From Macrostomum lignano (taxonomy: Eukaryota): DNA of 64,000 nucleotides. Below, in pieces: positions 13,945 to 25,876 of the stretch (positions within the stretch are counted from its first letter, which is position 1; each line of letters begins with the position of its first letter). Location: NCBI GenBank assembly GCA_002269645.1, contig NIVC01000035.1, positions 735,362 through 799,361 of the forward strand. The letters run 5' to 3'. The notes below the pieces were generated by a model. That model was not told the DNA's origin. It did not search any database and worked only from the letters and a program-made list of their open reading frames with translations. Both the position numbers and the translations under genes were made by a program.

Positions 13945-14620
13945 GCTAAGCTGAGGATCTGGGGGGGGGGGGCTTGCCCAGCACTGACACTCTGGGAGGC
14001 TGGCCCAGCAACTGACACTGGGAGGCTGACCCAGCAACTGACAGTGTGGGAGGCTGCCTTAGCAACTGAGGATCTGGGAGGCTGGCCCAGCAACTGACAC
14101 TGTGGGAGGCTGGCCCAGCAACTGACACTGCATGTGGGAGGCTGGCCCAGCAACTGACACTGTGGGAGGCTGTCCCAGCAACTGACACTGTGGGAGGCTG
14201 GCCCAGCAACTGACACTCTGGGAGGCTGGCCAAGCAACTGACACTGTGGGAGGCTGGCCCAGCAACTGACACTGCATGTGGGAGGCTGGCCCAGCAACTG
14301 ACACTGTGGGAGGCTGGCCCAGCAACTGACACTGTGGGAGGCTGGCCCAGCAACTGGCACTGTGGGAGGCTGCCTTAGCAACTGAGGATCTGGGAGGCTG
14401 GCCCAGCAACTGACACTGTGGGAGGCTGGCCCAGCAACTGACACTGTGGGAGGCTGGCCCAGCAACTGGCACTGTGGGAGGCTGCCTTAGCAACTGAGGA
14501 TCTGGGAGGCTGGCCCAGCAACTGAAACTCTGGGAGGCTGGCCCAGCAACTGAGGATCTGGGAGGCTGGCCCAGCAACTGAGGATCTGGGAGGCTGTGAC
14601 CCAGTAACTGAGGATCTAGA
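13945..14620. repeat. 28-bp GC-rich minisatellite
   Basis: Unit TGTGGGAGGCTGGCCCAGCAACTGACAC, with CTGAGGATCT and GCCTTAGC variants. Confidence 0.95.
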
Positions 14621-15216
14621 ACAACCTGCAAGATCTCTTAATTTTTCTCCATGGCATCCAAGCATCAACAAGCACGCACCTGCATGATGCAGGCCCAGAT
14701 TAGCAAGCAATAACAGGCAAGCAACTGAATCGGTGTCTCTGTAGACAGGAAAGTGCAAATAAATAAAGTGCATCAAATTAACGCTTGCAGCATGAGACGC
14801 ACGAGAGCTGACAGCACGGGGCCTCTCTAAGTAAGTGCCCCACACTACGACAGCGAATCCAGGTTAACCATACGACGTGAAAGAGACTCAGCAGCAACTA
14901 ATGACACAACTAAACCAGGCAAGCAACACTTAGCAATTTTCCTCCTAAGCAAATCAACTTCATAAATGCATATATGTGTATTCGTGAGTCGCCCCACACC
15001 TTGAGAGGGGACTGCTGAGCGATGTCAACAGCCATGAGCATGCATGTGCACCTCGTAAGGATGCAGACTGAAGTATCCATTAATAATAGCCCACTGTATA
15101 GAGGGTGGCGATGATCTCTCTAAGGCTTCCTTGTGCTGCGTCATGCGTGAAAGCGAAAAATGCATCCCATTCCCCTTATGAATGCACATGAAAAGTACAT
15201 TTATTATGGAGTAGTA

Positions 15217-17207
15217 GACAGAGTGGCGCCGAAAGTGGCGCTGAATAGGGTGGCGCCGAAAGTGACGCTGGATAGGGTGGCGCCGAAAGTGACGCTAGAT
15301 AGGGTGGCGCCGAAAGTGACGCTAGATAGGGTGGCGCCCAAAGTGACGCTGGATAGGGTGGCGCCGAAAGTGACGCTAGATAGGGTGGCGCCGAAAGTGA
15401 CGCTTGGATAGGGTGGCGCCCAAAGTGACGCTGGATAGGGTGGCGCCGAAAGTGACGCTAGATAGGGTGGCGCCCAAAGTGACGCTAGATAGGGTGGCGC
15501 CGAAAGTGACGCTTGGATAGGGTGGCGCCGAAAGTGACGCTTGGATAGGGTGGCGCCGAAAGTGACGCTGGATAGGGTGGCGCCGAAAGTGACGCTGGAT
15601 AGGGTGGCGCCGAAAGTGACGCTAGATAGGGTGGCGCCCAAAGTGACGCTAGATAGGGTGGCGCCGAAAGTGACGCTTGGATAGGGTGGCGCCGAAAGTG
15701 ACGCTTGGATAGGGTGGCGCCGAAAGTGACGCTGGATAGGGTGGCGCCCAAAGTGACTCTGGATAGGGTGGCGCCGAAAGTGACGCTAGATAGGGTGGCG
15801 CCGAAAGTGACGCTTGGATAGGGTGGCGCCCAAAGTGACGCTGGATAGGGTGGCGCCGAAAGTGACGCTAGATAGGGTGGCGCCGAAAGTGACGCTAGAT
15901 AGGGTGGCGCCCAAAGTGACGCTAGATAGGGTGGCGCCGAAAGTGACGCTAGATAGGGTGGCGCCGAAAGTGACGCTAGATAGGGTGGCGCCGAAAGTGA
16001 CGCTAGATAGGGTGGCGCCGAAAGTGACGCTTGGATAGGGTGGCGCCCAAAGTGACGCTGGATAGGGTGGCGCCGAAAGTGACGCTAGATAGGGTGGCGC
16101 CGAAAGTGACGCTGGATAGGGTGGCGCCCAAAGTGACTCTGGATAGGGTGGCGCCGAAAGTGACGCTAGATAGGGTGGCGCCGAAAGTGACGCTAGATAG
16201 GGTGGCGCCGAAAGTGACGCTAGATAGGGTGGCGCCCAAAGTGACGCTAGATAGGGTGGCGCCGAAAGTGACGCTAGATAGGGTGGCGCCGAAAGTGACG
16301 CTTGGATAGGGTGGCGCCGAAAGTGACGCTGGATAGGGTGGCGCCCAAAGTGACGCTGGATAGGGTGGCGCCGAAAGTGACGCTAGATAGGGTGGCGCCG
16401 AAAGTGACGCTAGATAGGGTGGCGCCCAAAGTGACGCTAGATAGGGTGGCGCCGAAAGTGACGCTAGATAGGGTGGCGCCGAAAGTGACGCTAGATAGGG
16501 TGGCGCCGAAAGTGACGCTAGATAGGGTGGCGCCGAAAGTGACGCTAGATAGGGTGGCGCCCAAAGTGACGCTAGATAGGGTGGCGCCGAAAGTGACGCT
16601 AGATAGGGTGGCGCCCAAAGTGACGCTAGATAGGGTGGCGCCGAAAGTGACGCTAGATAGGGTGGCGCCGAAAGTGACGCTTGGATAGGGTGGCGCCGAA
16701 AGTGACGCTGGATAGGGTGGCGCCGAAAGTGACGCTGGATAGGGTCTCGCCGAAAGTGACGCTGGATAGGGTGGCGCCCAAAGTGACGCTAGATAGGGTG
16801 GCGCCGAAAGTGACGCTGGATAGGGTGGCGCCCAAAGTGACTCTGGATAGGGTGGCGCCGAAAGTGACGCTAGATAGGGTGGCGCCGAAAGTGACGCTAG
16901 ATAGGGTGGCGCCCAAAGTGACGCTAGATAGGGTGGCGCCGAAAGTGACGCTAGATAGGGTGGCGCCCAAAGTGACGCTAGATAGGGTGGCGCCGAAAGT
17001 GACGCTAGATAGGGTGGCGCCGAAAGTGACGCTTGGATAGGGTGGCGCCGAAAGTGACGCTTGGATAGGGTGGCGCCGAAAGTGACGCTAGATAGGGTGG
17101 CGCCGAAAGTGACGCTTGGATAGGGTGGCGCCGAAAGTGACGCTAGATAGGGTGGCGCCGAAAGTGACGCTAGATAGGGTGGCGCCGTGGCGCTGAATAG
17201 GGTGGCA
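15217..17207. repeat. 27-bp minisatellite (about 2 kb)
   Basis: Unit GATAGGGTGGCGCCGAAAGTGACGCTA with occasional 28-bp (CTTGGA) variants; explains the DRVAPKVTL ORFs. Confidence 0.97.
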
Positions 17208-17387
17208 TAGGTTATCAAAATAACGAAAGAAATGTCAAAAGTATTTGCCTGCCCAATAGTTATTAAACCCAACTAAAGGTTTTAGTAAAAAAAGTAAAAA
17301 TGGATTACAATTTCTACAAGTAGTATATTTGGATAGATATTCATACACACGTATGCAAGGCAAAACAATTAGAAATTCAGTTGAATG

Positions 17388-17981
17388 CACAGATACTAGA
17401 ATAACTAGATGTGTCACTCGCAAAAAATGCGTTTCTCTACTCTTTTTTCAGTAGCAAAATTAGCGTTTTTTGCCTTTATAAAAGTAAAATTAAAATTTAT
17501 CTACTTTCAAACGAAATTTTAAGTTTTTAAAGCTGCAAAATATGTCTGTGCCTAATTCTACAAGCAGGCTAATTAAATTGTCTGCTGAGTTTTACCGGTT
17601 CAAAAATAAACGAATTTAAGACTTAAGACTGTAGAAAACTATAAAAATGTAAAATTCCCAAATTCAGTGCTTGGCATAGAGAGCAAGAGAGAATTAGTGC
17701 TGGCCCCCAGACATCTCTCTACTGCTCTCTCATTGGCTGAGCTAGATTGGGCCTGCCCCCCCCCCCAGGCTGAGTTTCGTCCGTCTTGCGTTCATTTGTG
17801 TACATTGGGTTAACAAATGCTTGTTAATTCTTAACCCCATTTGCTCTTCCATGAGGAAGGAAAGGAATTTTACATCAAATTTAAATTACATTAGCGTGAC
17901 AACTACTGAAAAAAGAGTAGAGGCTCTACTTTTTCACAATTTTAATTGCGAGTGACACATCCAGTTATTCTAGTATCTGTG
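17388..17981. mobile_element. 594-bp MITE, P-element-like (or hAT) non-autonomous DNA transposon
   Basis: TIR CACAGATACTAGAATAACT(A/G)GATGTGTCACTCGCAA at both ends; 8-bp TSD GTTGAATG at 17380-17387 and 17982-17989. The CANRG terminus with an 8-bp TSD fits the P superfamily; hAT is not excluded. Confidence 0.85.
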
Positions 17982-18447
17982 GTTGAATGTAAGCTACACA
18001 ATATAATTCTGAGATCAATAGCTACGTATTTGATAAATTAAATTAATTAGTAGTTAAACTATAAATGTAAAAAAATCACAGAATTTCTTGCTGCAATTGC
18101 TCAGGATAACCGCGAAAAAGGCAATGAAAATAAGTTACAAACTGATTAAAAATAAATAAAAGAGTAAAAAAACTCGCTATAGCTGCATCAGCCTACTTGC
18201 AGTAACGAATAACAAAACATAAATAAACTAAAAAAATCTGCATCAAAGCAAAACACCTGGAAGGCAATATCATAAAAGGGAAGAATTAAAGACTGAATAA
18301 AGAATCTCAAGTTTTTTTTAAGAAAAGAAGCAATAATTAAATACTAATAGCTATCAATTAATTTTTTTGGAACCCTAACCTGGTCAAAAGACAAAAGTAG
18401 AAAGTAAAAAAGTAAATAAAGTCAAAAGTAAATAAGGGGACTCTTAG

Positions 18448-18917
18448 CTCCGGAATCTCGGGACTTCTAACGTTGGGATCTCGGGATTTTTAACCTTGGG
18501 ATCTAGGGACTTCTAACATTGGAATCTCGGGATTTTTTAACCTTGAGATCTCGGGACTTCTAACCTTGGGATCTCGGGATTTTTTAACCTTGGGATCTAG
18601 GGACTTCTAACATTGGGATCTCGGGATTTTTTAACCTTGAGATCTCGGGACTTCTAACCTTGGGATCTCGGGATTTTTTAACCTTGGGATCTAAGGACTT
18701 CTAACATTGGGATCTCGGGATTTTTTAACCTTGAGATCTCGGGACTTCTAACCTTGGGATCTCGGGACTTCTAACCTTGGGATCTCGGGATTTTTTAACC
18801 TTGGGATCTAAGGACTTCTAACATTGGGATCTCGGGATTTTTTAACCTTGAGATCTCGGGACTTCTAACCTTGGGATCTCGGGATTTTTTAACCTTGGGA
18901 TCTAGGGACTTCTAACA
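18448..18917. repeat. 23/24-bp minisatellite with 94-bp four-monomer higher-order unit
   Basis: Alternating TTGGGATCTCGGGATTTTTTAACC (24) and TTG(A/G)GATCT(C/A)GGGACTTCTAAC(C/A) (23) monomers. Confidence 0.93.
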
Positions 18918-18951
18918 CTCTTAGCTTCAAGATTTGGGGACTCCAAAAATT

Positions 18952-19311
18952 CTATTTGCTAACAGAAAAGTATTGCTGCTGTTGCTGATGTTGCTGCTGA
19001 TGCTGATGAGCAGCAATCAAAATTGTTTGGCCAACAAACGCCGGACCCTGAGTAGACTGAGGATGAGGCTGAGGCTGCTGTTCCGAGGGCCGACGCCACT
19101 CCAACTGTGCAACACCTTCGGATGCAATCTTCTCATACAGCGACATGAGAAGTTGCGGCGGCAGGCCATCAGAATCAGCATATTGCCAGTTGGGGCTGTC
19201 CAGGTCTGGGTCAGTGAGACTGAACTGTTGCAGACTCTGTTGCTGCTGCTGCTGGCTAGGCTGAAGCAGAGTGACAGATCTGACTGGGTGAACAGGCGGT
19301 GGCGATGCCAT
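18952..19311 (-). CDS. Candidate exon/ORF, Gln-rich protein with a PAGR1 (PA1)-like motif
   Basis: GC-richer coding-like island starting MASPPP. The segment W-QYADSD-GLPPQLLMSLYEKIASEGVAQLEWRRPS recalls, from memory, the PAGR1 pattern W..SD..PP..I..LYE.L...G.L.L.W..RRP. The C-terminal part of PAGR1 was not found. Confidence 0.35.
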   Translation of the reverse strand: MASPPPVHPVRSVTLLQPSQQQQQQSLQQFSLTDPDLDSPNWQYADSDGLPPQLLMSLYEKIASEGVAQLEWRRPSEQQPQPHPQSTQGPAFVGQTILIAAHQHQQQHQQQQQYFSVSK

Positions 19312-19574
19312 TATAGGCAAATCAAAATTGCCACCAACACAGTCATACATGCGCAACCTCCAAAATTCGGTCGGCCATGCGACTTAGTTTTAACAAAAAT
19401 GCGACGTAGTTTTTGGCCAAAAATGCGACTTACATGTAATAAAAACTGTAAAGCAAAATTAACGCAACTTAGGGTAAACGGCAGGAGTAACTATAACTGT
19501 CTTATTAGGGCAAAATGGCTCGTCAGCTACTTAGTAATACTACTTAGGTTTTTTTGGGTGGGCATTTTTGCGAC

Positions 19575-19625
19575 TTCCTTGATTGGCTGCCAAATCGGTC
19601 GGCCGGATCGGCCGACTCGGCCGAC
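19575..19625 (-). promoter_or_regulatory. CCAAT box and GC-rich hairpin upstream of the candidate ORF
   Basis: TGATTGGCTG on + (CAGCCAATCA on -) and palindrome GTCGGCCG-GAT-CGGCCGAC about 270-310 bp upstream of the ATG at 19311. Confidence 0.3.
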
Positions 19626-22263
19626 TGTTGCGCATGTATGAACACAGTAGTCCACTCCACTGGTTAGGGCACTGTGATTGATTGATGCTGGATTGTCCTG
19701 AAAATTTGCAAAACTTTAGCATCAATTTGTTATCCAAAGACCAAACTCATTATAGACAAAAAAATTTTAAATAAAATAAAACAGCAATACCACAATCTTA
19801 TCTTTTTACTTTATGGTCTTTCCAGCCTAAAAAAGTCTGCAGACTAAATATTAATATTTAGCTTACTCATAGTCATAAATTTGATGATTGATACAAATCT
19901 TCTGAAGATCCTTTTTGCCTAAGTGCCTTTCTGATAAACAATTGGCAACAATATTGTTACTTATCTAAGGTGTCCTTCTCATTGTAAAGCAATAAAGGTG
20001 AATAAGAGATATGTTGTGATTAGTCCTATTTTTATATTGTAAATATTGTTTCTTGCAATACGCTTGTATAGTCAAGGAAATGTTAGAATACTATTATATT
20101 TATAGATATAATTAGGCCTATGCATATAATTTTTGGATATTAGGGTCTCTAGACAAAATACAAAATAAATTCAATATATAAATTTTAAAAAATTGGATAT
20201 TGAAAAAATTAAAACTTGGGAGACCTCTTAGAACAAACATCTCATTAGGGATTTAGGGAATACAAAATCCCAAGTTTTTCCAATCTTAGGATTCATAGGA
20301 TTAGGATATCCCAGAATTTGCCAATCCCAGGATTAATGATAGATCCAAATATTCAGATTTGGAATCCGAATCTGAAAAAAGTCTCACTTTTATAGAAATC
20401 TGAATGTTCCAAATATGCTTCTAAATATAAAAAAATCAAAAAACCAAAACAAAATTATGCAAACGTAAAAGAAATACTACTTTTGAAAAAAGAAAGTAAA
20501 TAAAAAAGAGAATTCAAAATTTCATATTATATTGTTTGTTTTTACAATGGTCTATTTTTGCAATAATATATATTTTTAAAGTGTTATTAAATAAAGTTAT
20601 TTAACTTTAAGAGCTTTGAGGCATTCAACCTAAAGTTGCAGAAACATTTTTAGGTAATCATTGTTTAAGTGTAATCATTACTTTTTTTAAAAATGCAAAT
20701 GCAATGGACTTTACATGCAATGTACATGGTAGGCCTAACATTATCAAATTGCAAAAATGTAATGTCAGTTAGCATTAGTAATTGGAATTAATTAGATTAG
20801 ATATATAAGAATTAAGTTCAGTTTTAGGTTCAATTCAATTCAGATACTAGATAGATATATAGTAAAGCCCGAGATAGATTGAATCCTGTCAGTAAATTAA
20901 TGTATAGCACTAATATGATTACTAATTAGATGACAAGGCTTTTTTGACACTGAAGGGTATCAAGTTACTCCCACTGTTTACCTTTTACTCTTTTATATTC
21001 AGAAACACACTTGGATGTTCAGATTCGGATTTGGAATTTTTTCGTACATTTGGTTTCAGTTTTGGAAACTTGCAAAAATCTACATTTAGTCCATCACTAG
21101 GCCTACCCAAGATTGCAATAAATTTGGCCAGGATCAAAAAGGTTTCTCATTTTTGTTGGTGCAATTTTGGTTTACAAAGCTATCTAATATGATTTTAATT
21201 GCAAATGATAAAAGTACAATAGAATAAAATATTTTACAAACAAGAAACTGACAATGAGCTTTGAATTAGAGGGTGATATATAGGCTAGCATAATAGACAA
21301 GATTTTTTTACATGCCAGTATCAGCTTAGGAAAATCACACTAGATTGTGATGTAACCTGGGGAATGATAGCTTACACTTACAGAGCTACATACATGGCCC
21401 AAAGTACTAATATCAGGTTAGAAAGGGATTAGACCTTGCACCCCCTGCTCTAAATAAAGAATTGCTAGTTTTGGTTGCAGTCCAATAGCAAAGTCCCAAC
21501 TCCCACTGTTCTAATCTTAACTACAGCCTAGAGTTTTGAAGGTAGGGGCTATTTAAGTAGTTCTGCCACTAACCCTGGCCTATTCTGGGCATCTAAAGGG
21601 TGCCTTGACAATGCTAAGAATGAGGTCTTTTGCATAGGGGGCTTTTGATCTATGCAAGGTCAAGACTTGAGACCCCCTGACTTTATCTAGGTTTGAGATA
21701 GAGGGAGAGTTCAAATGAACAATGATCTGATGATCTCCATCTAGCAAGCTATAGTGCTATGATAGGAAACAATTAGGAATTGACTTTTATTGCTTTAGGC
21801 TCTGTTCACAGGTTTTTGAATAATAATTACATTAGTTTGCAAGTAACATATATATAGCTATATAGCTACATAGGCCTATATATATTGTTGCACCTAAAAT
21901 CTCATAATCTACCAATAGGCCTAGCTTTAGTTTTGTATCCCTGCAACCCTAGCCTTCTTATTAGCCTTTATGCTTAAAAGATTAATAAATCAAAGCAATA
22001 TAGATAGCCAAGATAGGTTATGATAGCCCAATTGCAAATACTATTACTTGAGAATGAATTAGGCCTATTGAATTATTGCAAACTAGGATTAAGATCCTAA
22101 TGGTCAATCCCTAGATTTTTTAATCCTAGAAAATTATGATCCTAGGATTTAGAATCCCAGGATTTAGGCCTAATCCTAGGATTTTGGGATCCTGGAATCT
22201 TAGGATTGTATTCCCTACCTCTTATAGGCCCCTATATTTTTATTTTTTATGCTATAAAAATAC

Positions 22264-22655
22264 GAAGAGCTTGCGTGCACGGCAGCCGTTCATGTAAGCT
22301 CAGAATTGCGTGCACGGCGGCTATCTACCTAGTGCTTTATTTGCATGTATGCAGCCGTCCACCTAGTGTTGTAATTGCGTGCATGGCAGCTGGCAATTGG
22401 CCGGGACTGGGGCCCTTAAATCCACGCATTGGCATTGGCAAACCTAATTAAAAAATATTTTTACTATATTGTTTTATAATGTTTTATCCCCCGTACACCA
22501 TGGACTGCAAATGTAATCTTAATTCATTGTTTTTTTGTTAACTTGAATATTAATTCAAATAGTATATGACCTACTGTATAAGCCTATAAGATATAGCTCT
22601 GCCATGCACGCAATTCTGAGCTTACGTGAACGGCAGCCGTGCACGCAAGCTCTTC
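22264..22655. mobile_element. About 390-bp MITE-like element with ~65-bp TIRs
   Basis: GAAGAGCTTGCGTGCACGGC(A/T)GCCGTTCA(T/C)GTAAGCTCAGAATTGCGTGCA... inverted at both ends; no clean TSD, superfamily not assignable. Confidence 0.75.
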
Positions 22656-23315
22656 TATTAAAAATAAAAGTAATATCAACTAAGATATACAAAAATATAA
22701 ATCTATTATCATTTATTTTTCAAAAAGATAGGATTAGAAAAAACCATTAGTTGATTCAAGTTCATCTAAAGTAAAATCTTAGGCCTTGGCAACCCTTGGC
22801 TTTATTAGTGTTTCTATAGGCAATAGGGGCCTAGGCATAGGCCTATTCAAAATCATAGCCTAGCTATAATATAGCCTACATTACATCATATAGGCCTGGG
22901 AATACAGCCATACTAGAAACATGGTTTCTTAAGTTTATTAGCCTGCCTTAGTAAAACTATGGTTATGCTTGCAGAAATTAATTTAATAAGTGAGAGAGTT
23001 AGTTTAAAAAATTGCTGCTCAGTCGGCTAGCTTGTGCTTTGTACTTGAAGCTTGTACGCCTTGTAGTACATAAAAATGGTATCGTTAATATCTTCAAGTT
23101 AGAAGTTAGACTTAACTGAGTCAAATTACTGTCATTAGCTATATTACTCTGTATAAATCTGATTTTTAGAGGTATCTCTTTGAATCTAACAGTCTGCAAC
23201 GACCAACGAATGCGAATGCATTTTTATATGCAGATTTTATATTTTATATTTTTAAATTCCAATGTTTTTTAGCTTTTGAATTTATTTCAGATTTAAAAGT
23301 ATACCCCCCGTAGTT

Positions 23316-23692
23316 GGGTCTCCCTAAAACACGCCCCGCACCGCCCTGCAGCGCTACACATTAAAACAAATTGGACTATAACTGAAGACACTTCAAAATG
23401 CGTTTTCTGTTAAGCTTCAAAGTTTTAATTAAATTCAGTTTTTTTACTTTGAAATATAAAATTCGGTGAATAATAAGTGATATATAAGTGATATAAGTGA
23501 ATAATAAGAATATAATTTAATTATGAAAAGGATAATATAAAAATAATAACAATATTTATAATAATAATTAAAGATATTTATTCCATTACTCTTACAACAA
23601 ATAGTTTTCTTTGCAATCAAATACTGCATTGACAAGAAATGTTATAATGTGTAGCGGTTCGGGGCGGTGCGGTGCGTGTTTTAGGGAGACCC
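23316..23692. mobile_element. 377-bp MITE with 9-bp TSD (Mutator- or Merlin-like)
   Basis: TIR GGGTCTCCCTAAAACACGC(C/A)CCGCACCGCCC..., about 55 bp imperfect; TSD CCCGTAGTT at 23307-23315 and 23693-23701; AT-rich interior. Confidence 0.85.
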
Positions 23693-23939
23693 CCCGTAGT
23701 TAGATGTTACTCGCAGTATTTAGAAGTAAAACAATGTTGTAATTCTATTAGTAGTGGAACTGTACCATGTGGTACAAGCGTAGAGAAACTTATTGCTAAC
23801 TAATACAGCAGTTATTCTAATAATTTATACAAGCAAGAACACTGATAAATTAACAACTGAAAAATGATAAAATTAATTCGATTCGCGTTAAATTCTTTTG
23901 AGATGAGCCAATTAAATAATTCACAGATTTGTTTTGCCT

Positions 23940-25215
23940 GTTTGTATATTGGAGTTGGAGCTGGAGTTGGCGCAAGCTGGGGATCGTGTCGTTCAGCTGT
24001 CGGCCGAACAGCAGGTCGGCTAAGGCCATGCCAGTTGCTGCGTGCTGTGTTCGCCGATACGTGGCCATAGGTCCAGTGCCGCCTGCAGTCGCTGCCCTCC
24101 AGGATCGTCGCTCTGATTGCCTTATTGAGGCCTCGGTTGCCTCGCTCTACGAGTCCGTTGGCTTGAGTGTGCAGCGGTGTAGTCCGATGGTGGTGGATGC
24201 CCTCATGGCTGCGCAAGAAGGCGTTGAATTCTGCGGACGAGAATGGGGGCCGTTGTCGGTGGTGATCTTGACTGGCTGGCCGAGCGTGCTGAACCACTGG
24301 CGGAGGGTTCGGATGACCGGAGTTGCCGCTGTCGACCCCGACATCGTCCGTACCAGTGGGAAACGTGAAAAGTGCACACCAGCAGCATGTGGCCTTTGAT
24401 CCCAGGAAGTCTAGTAGGCCGAAATCTATGGCGGGAAAGACGATTTGGTGCCCTTTGAGCAGAAGTCCGTCGTGTTGTGAGAGCTCGTGCCGCAGGCCGT
24501 GTAGGCTGTGCGTGTCATGGCTGTCAAGTTGCCACCAATGGGACCGGAGCTGGGACCGGAATGGGACGATTACGGCGGCTTGAATCGCCCTGTCGCCTGC
24601 GGAGGCCACCTTGATCGTGTCGAGGTTGGTACTACTTTTCGGCGCTGTCATTGCGATGAAGGCCGTGTCAAGATCCTCACCCTCGTTGTTCGGCGGTGTT
24701 GGACGTGGCTGGCGGCTCAGGACATCTGCCGGGTTGTCTGCCCCCGGCTGGTAGTTGACTTCGAAGTGGAGGTCCTGCAGGCTGCAGCCGAAGTGCCATG
24801 CGCTCGATCCGCGGCGGGGGCCGCGAGCCGGGGCTGAGCAGGCTGACCAGCGGCTTCTGGTCGGCGATGACCTTGAACTTTGGGCAGCCGCTAAGGCAGT
24901 GGTGGAATTTGAGGCAGCCGAATTTTACGGCCAGCGTCTCCCTCTCTGTCTGCGAGTAACGCTGCTTGGTGTCACTGAGGCTGCGACTGGAGTAGACGAT
25001 TGGCCTGGTGAGGCCACCCGGTTGCACGTGGGTGAGGATCACCCCAAGGCCGGTCGGGCTTGTCAACAGTCAGCCAATTGTCTCACAGTTCTTGTTAAAG
25101 AAGGCAAGCGTAGTGCTGTGTGCAATCGACTGCTTGATGGACTGAAAGGCTGAGGCTTGTTGTGGGCCCCACGACCATTTTACATTCTGGGAGTGCAAGC
25201 TGCAGGTGTCCCGAA
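23940..25215 (-). pseudogene. Decayed Ty3/Gypsy pol fragment (RT connection, RNase H, integrase)
   Basis: Minus-strand pieces WSWGPQQASAFQSIKQSI, PIVYSSRSLSDTKQRYSQTERETLAV...ADQKPL, KITTDNG and HTQANGLVERGN lie in several frames with stops and deletions; no LTRs seen. Confidence 0.88.
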
Positions 25216-25876
25216 CTGCCTGCCTCACGCCTGTGCACGATACAGTATCTATAGAGGAATATCAATGATTGAAATATTCCGTCATTAGGGTTTTTACTGG
25301 GTAATTTCATATAAGATTTTTGTGAGATGATCTGTAACTTAGCTACGATCGCGTACGTTAAATTGATTTCATTTATTTCTTCGATCCGTGCTTATTGTAA
25401 CGGTTAATAATTCTGAATTTGAAGCGATTGTGTTTCTTTGAACTTTAGTAGAATCAAATGCTGTTCTTTATGCTGTTATAGTTGTGTACGTCAATTTATT
25501 CTAGGGTTCTAATAATGTGTTTTAATATTTTGTTTAAGTAGATTTTGTTTCCAAGAAATGAGACTCATATTTAAGCATGTAACTTATAGTAGTATATTTC
25601 GGTAAACGTGTGGCAGCCTTGGATGTAGATCTCAGCTGTATATCGAAAACCATTACACGTGATAAATACGTAATCAGAGCGTCAGTTTGCGCATCTTAGT
25701 AATCATAAGACAGAAGGATTCCTAGCCTAGGTCTGACTGGCGTATAGCTGCGCTAAGTGATATAAAATATACTGGACTCGTTACAATATGACTCGTTCTC
25801 ACTATACAACTATAGTTTATGGTAGCAATAAACAATTGGATTGTTTGAACGTTTGATAGACACTAAATGGACACTA

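Noticed and set aside
2876-17207. CRISPR-like appearance of regular short repeats
   Set aside because: Units are contiguous without unique spacers, there are no cas genes, and the context is eukaryotic.
15217-17207. TGGCGCCC(A/G)AA similarity to retroviral tRNA-Lys primer sites
   Set aside because: Only about 9-10 nt match, no adjacent LTR end, and easily coincidental.
13905-17272. Long ORFs across the 28-bp and 27-bp minisatellites
   Set aside because: Purely repeat-derived and open in several frames.
17725-17742. CTCTCATTGGCT match between the MITE interior and the Gypsy ORF3 promoter (about 56550)
   Set aside because: Explained by the NF-Y/CCAAT consensus; flanks are unrelated.
20340-21040. 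Possible MITE from the inverted ATCCGAATCTGAA match
   Set aside because: Only about 14 bp of complementarity, no TSD, and arms could not be extended.
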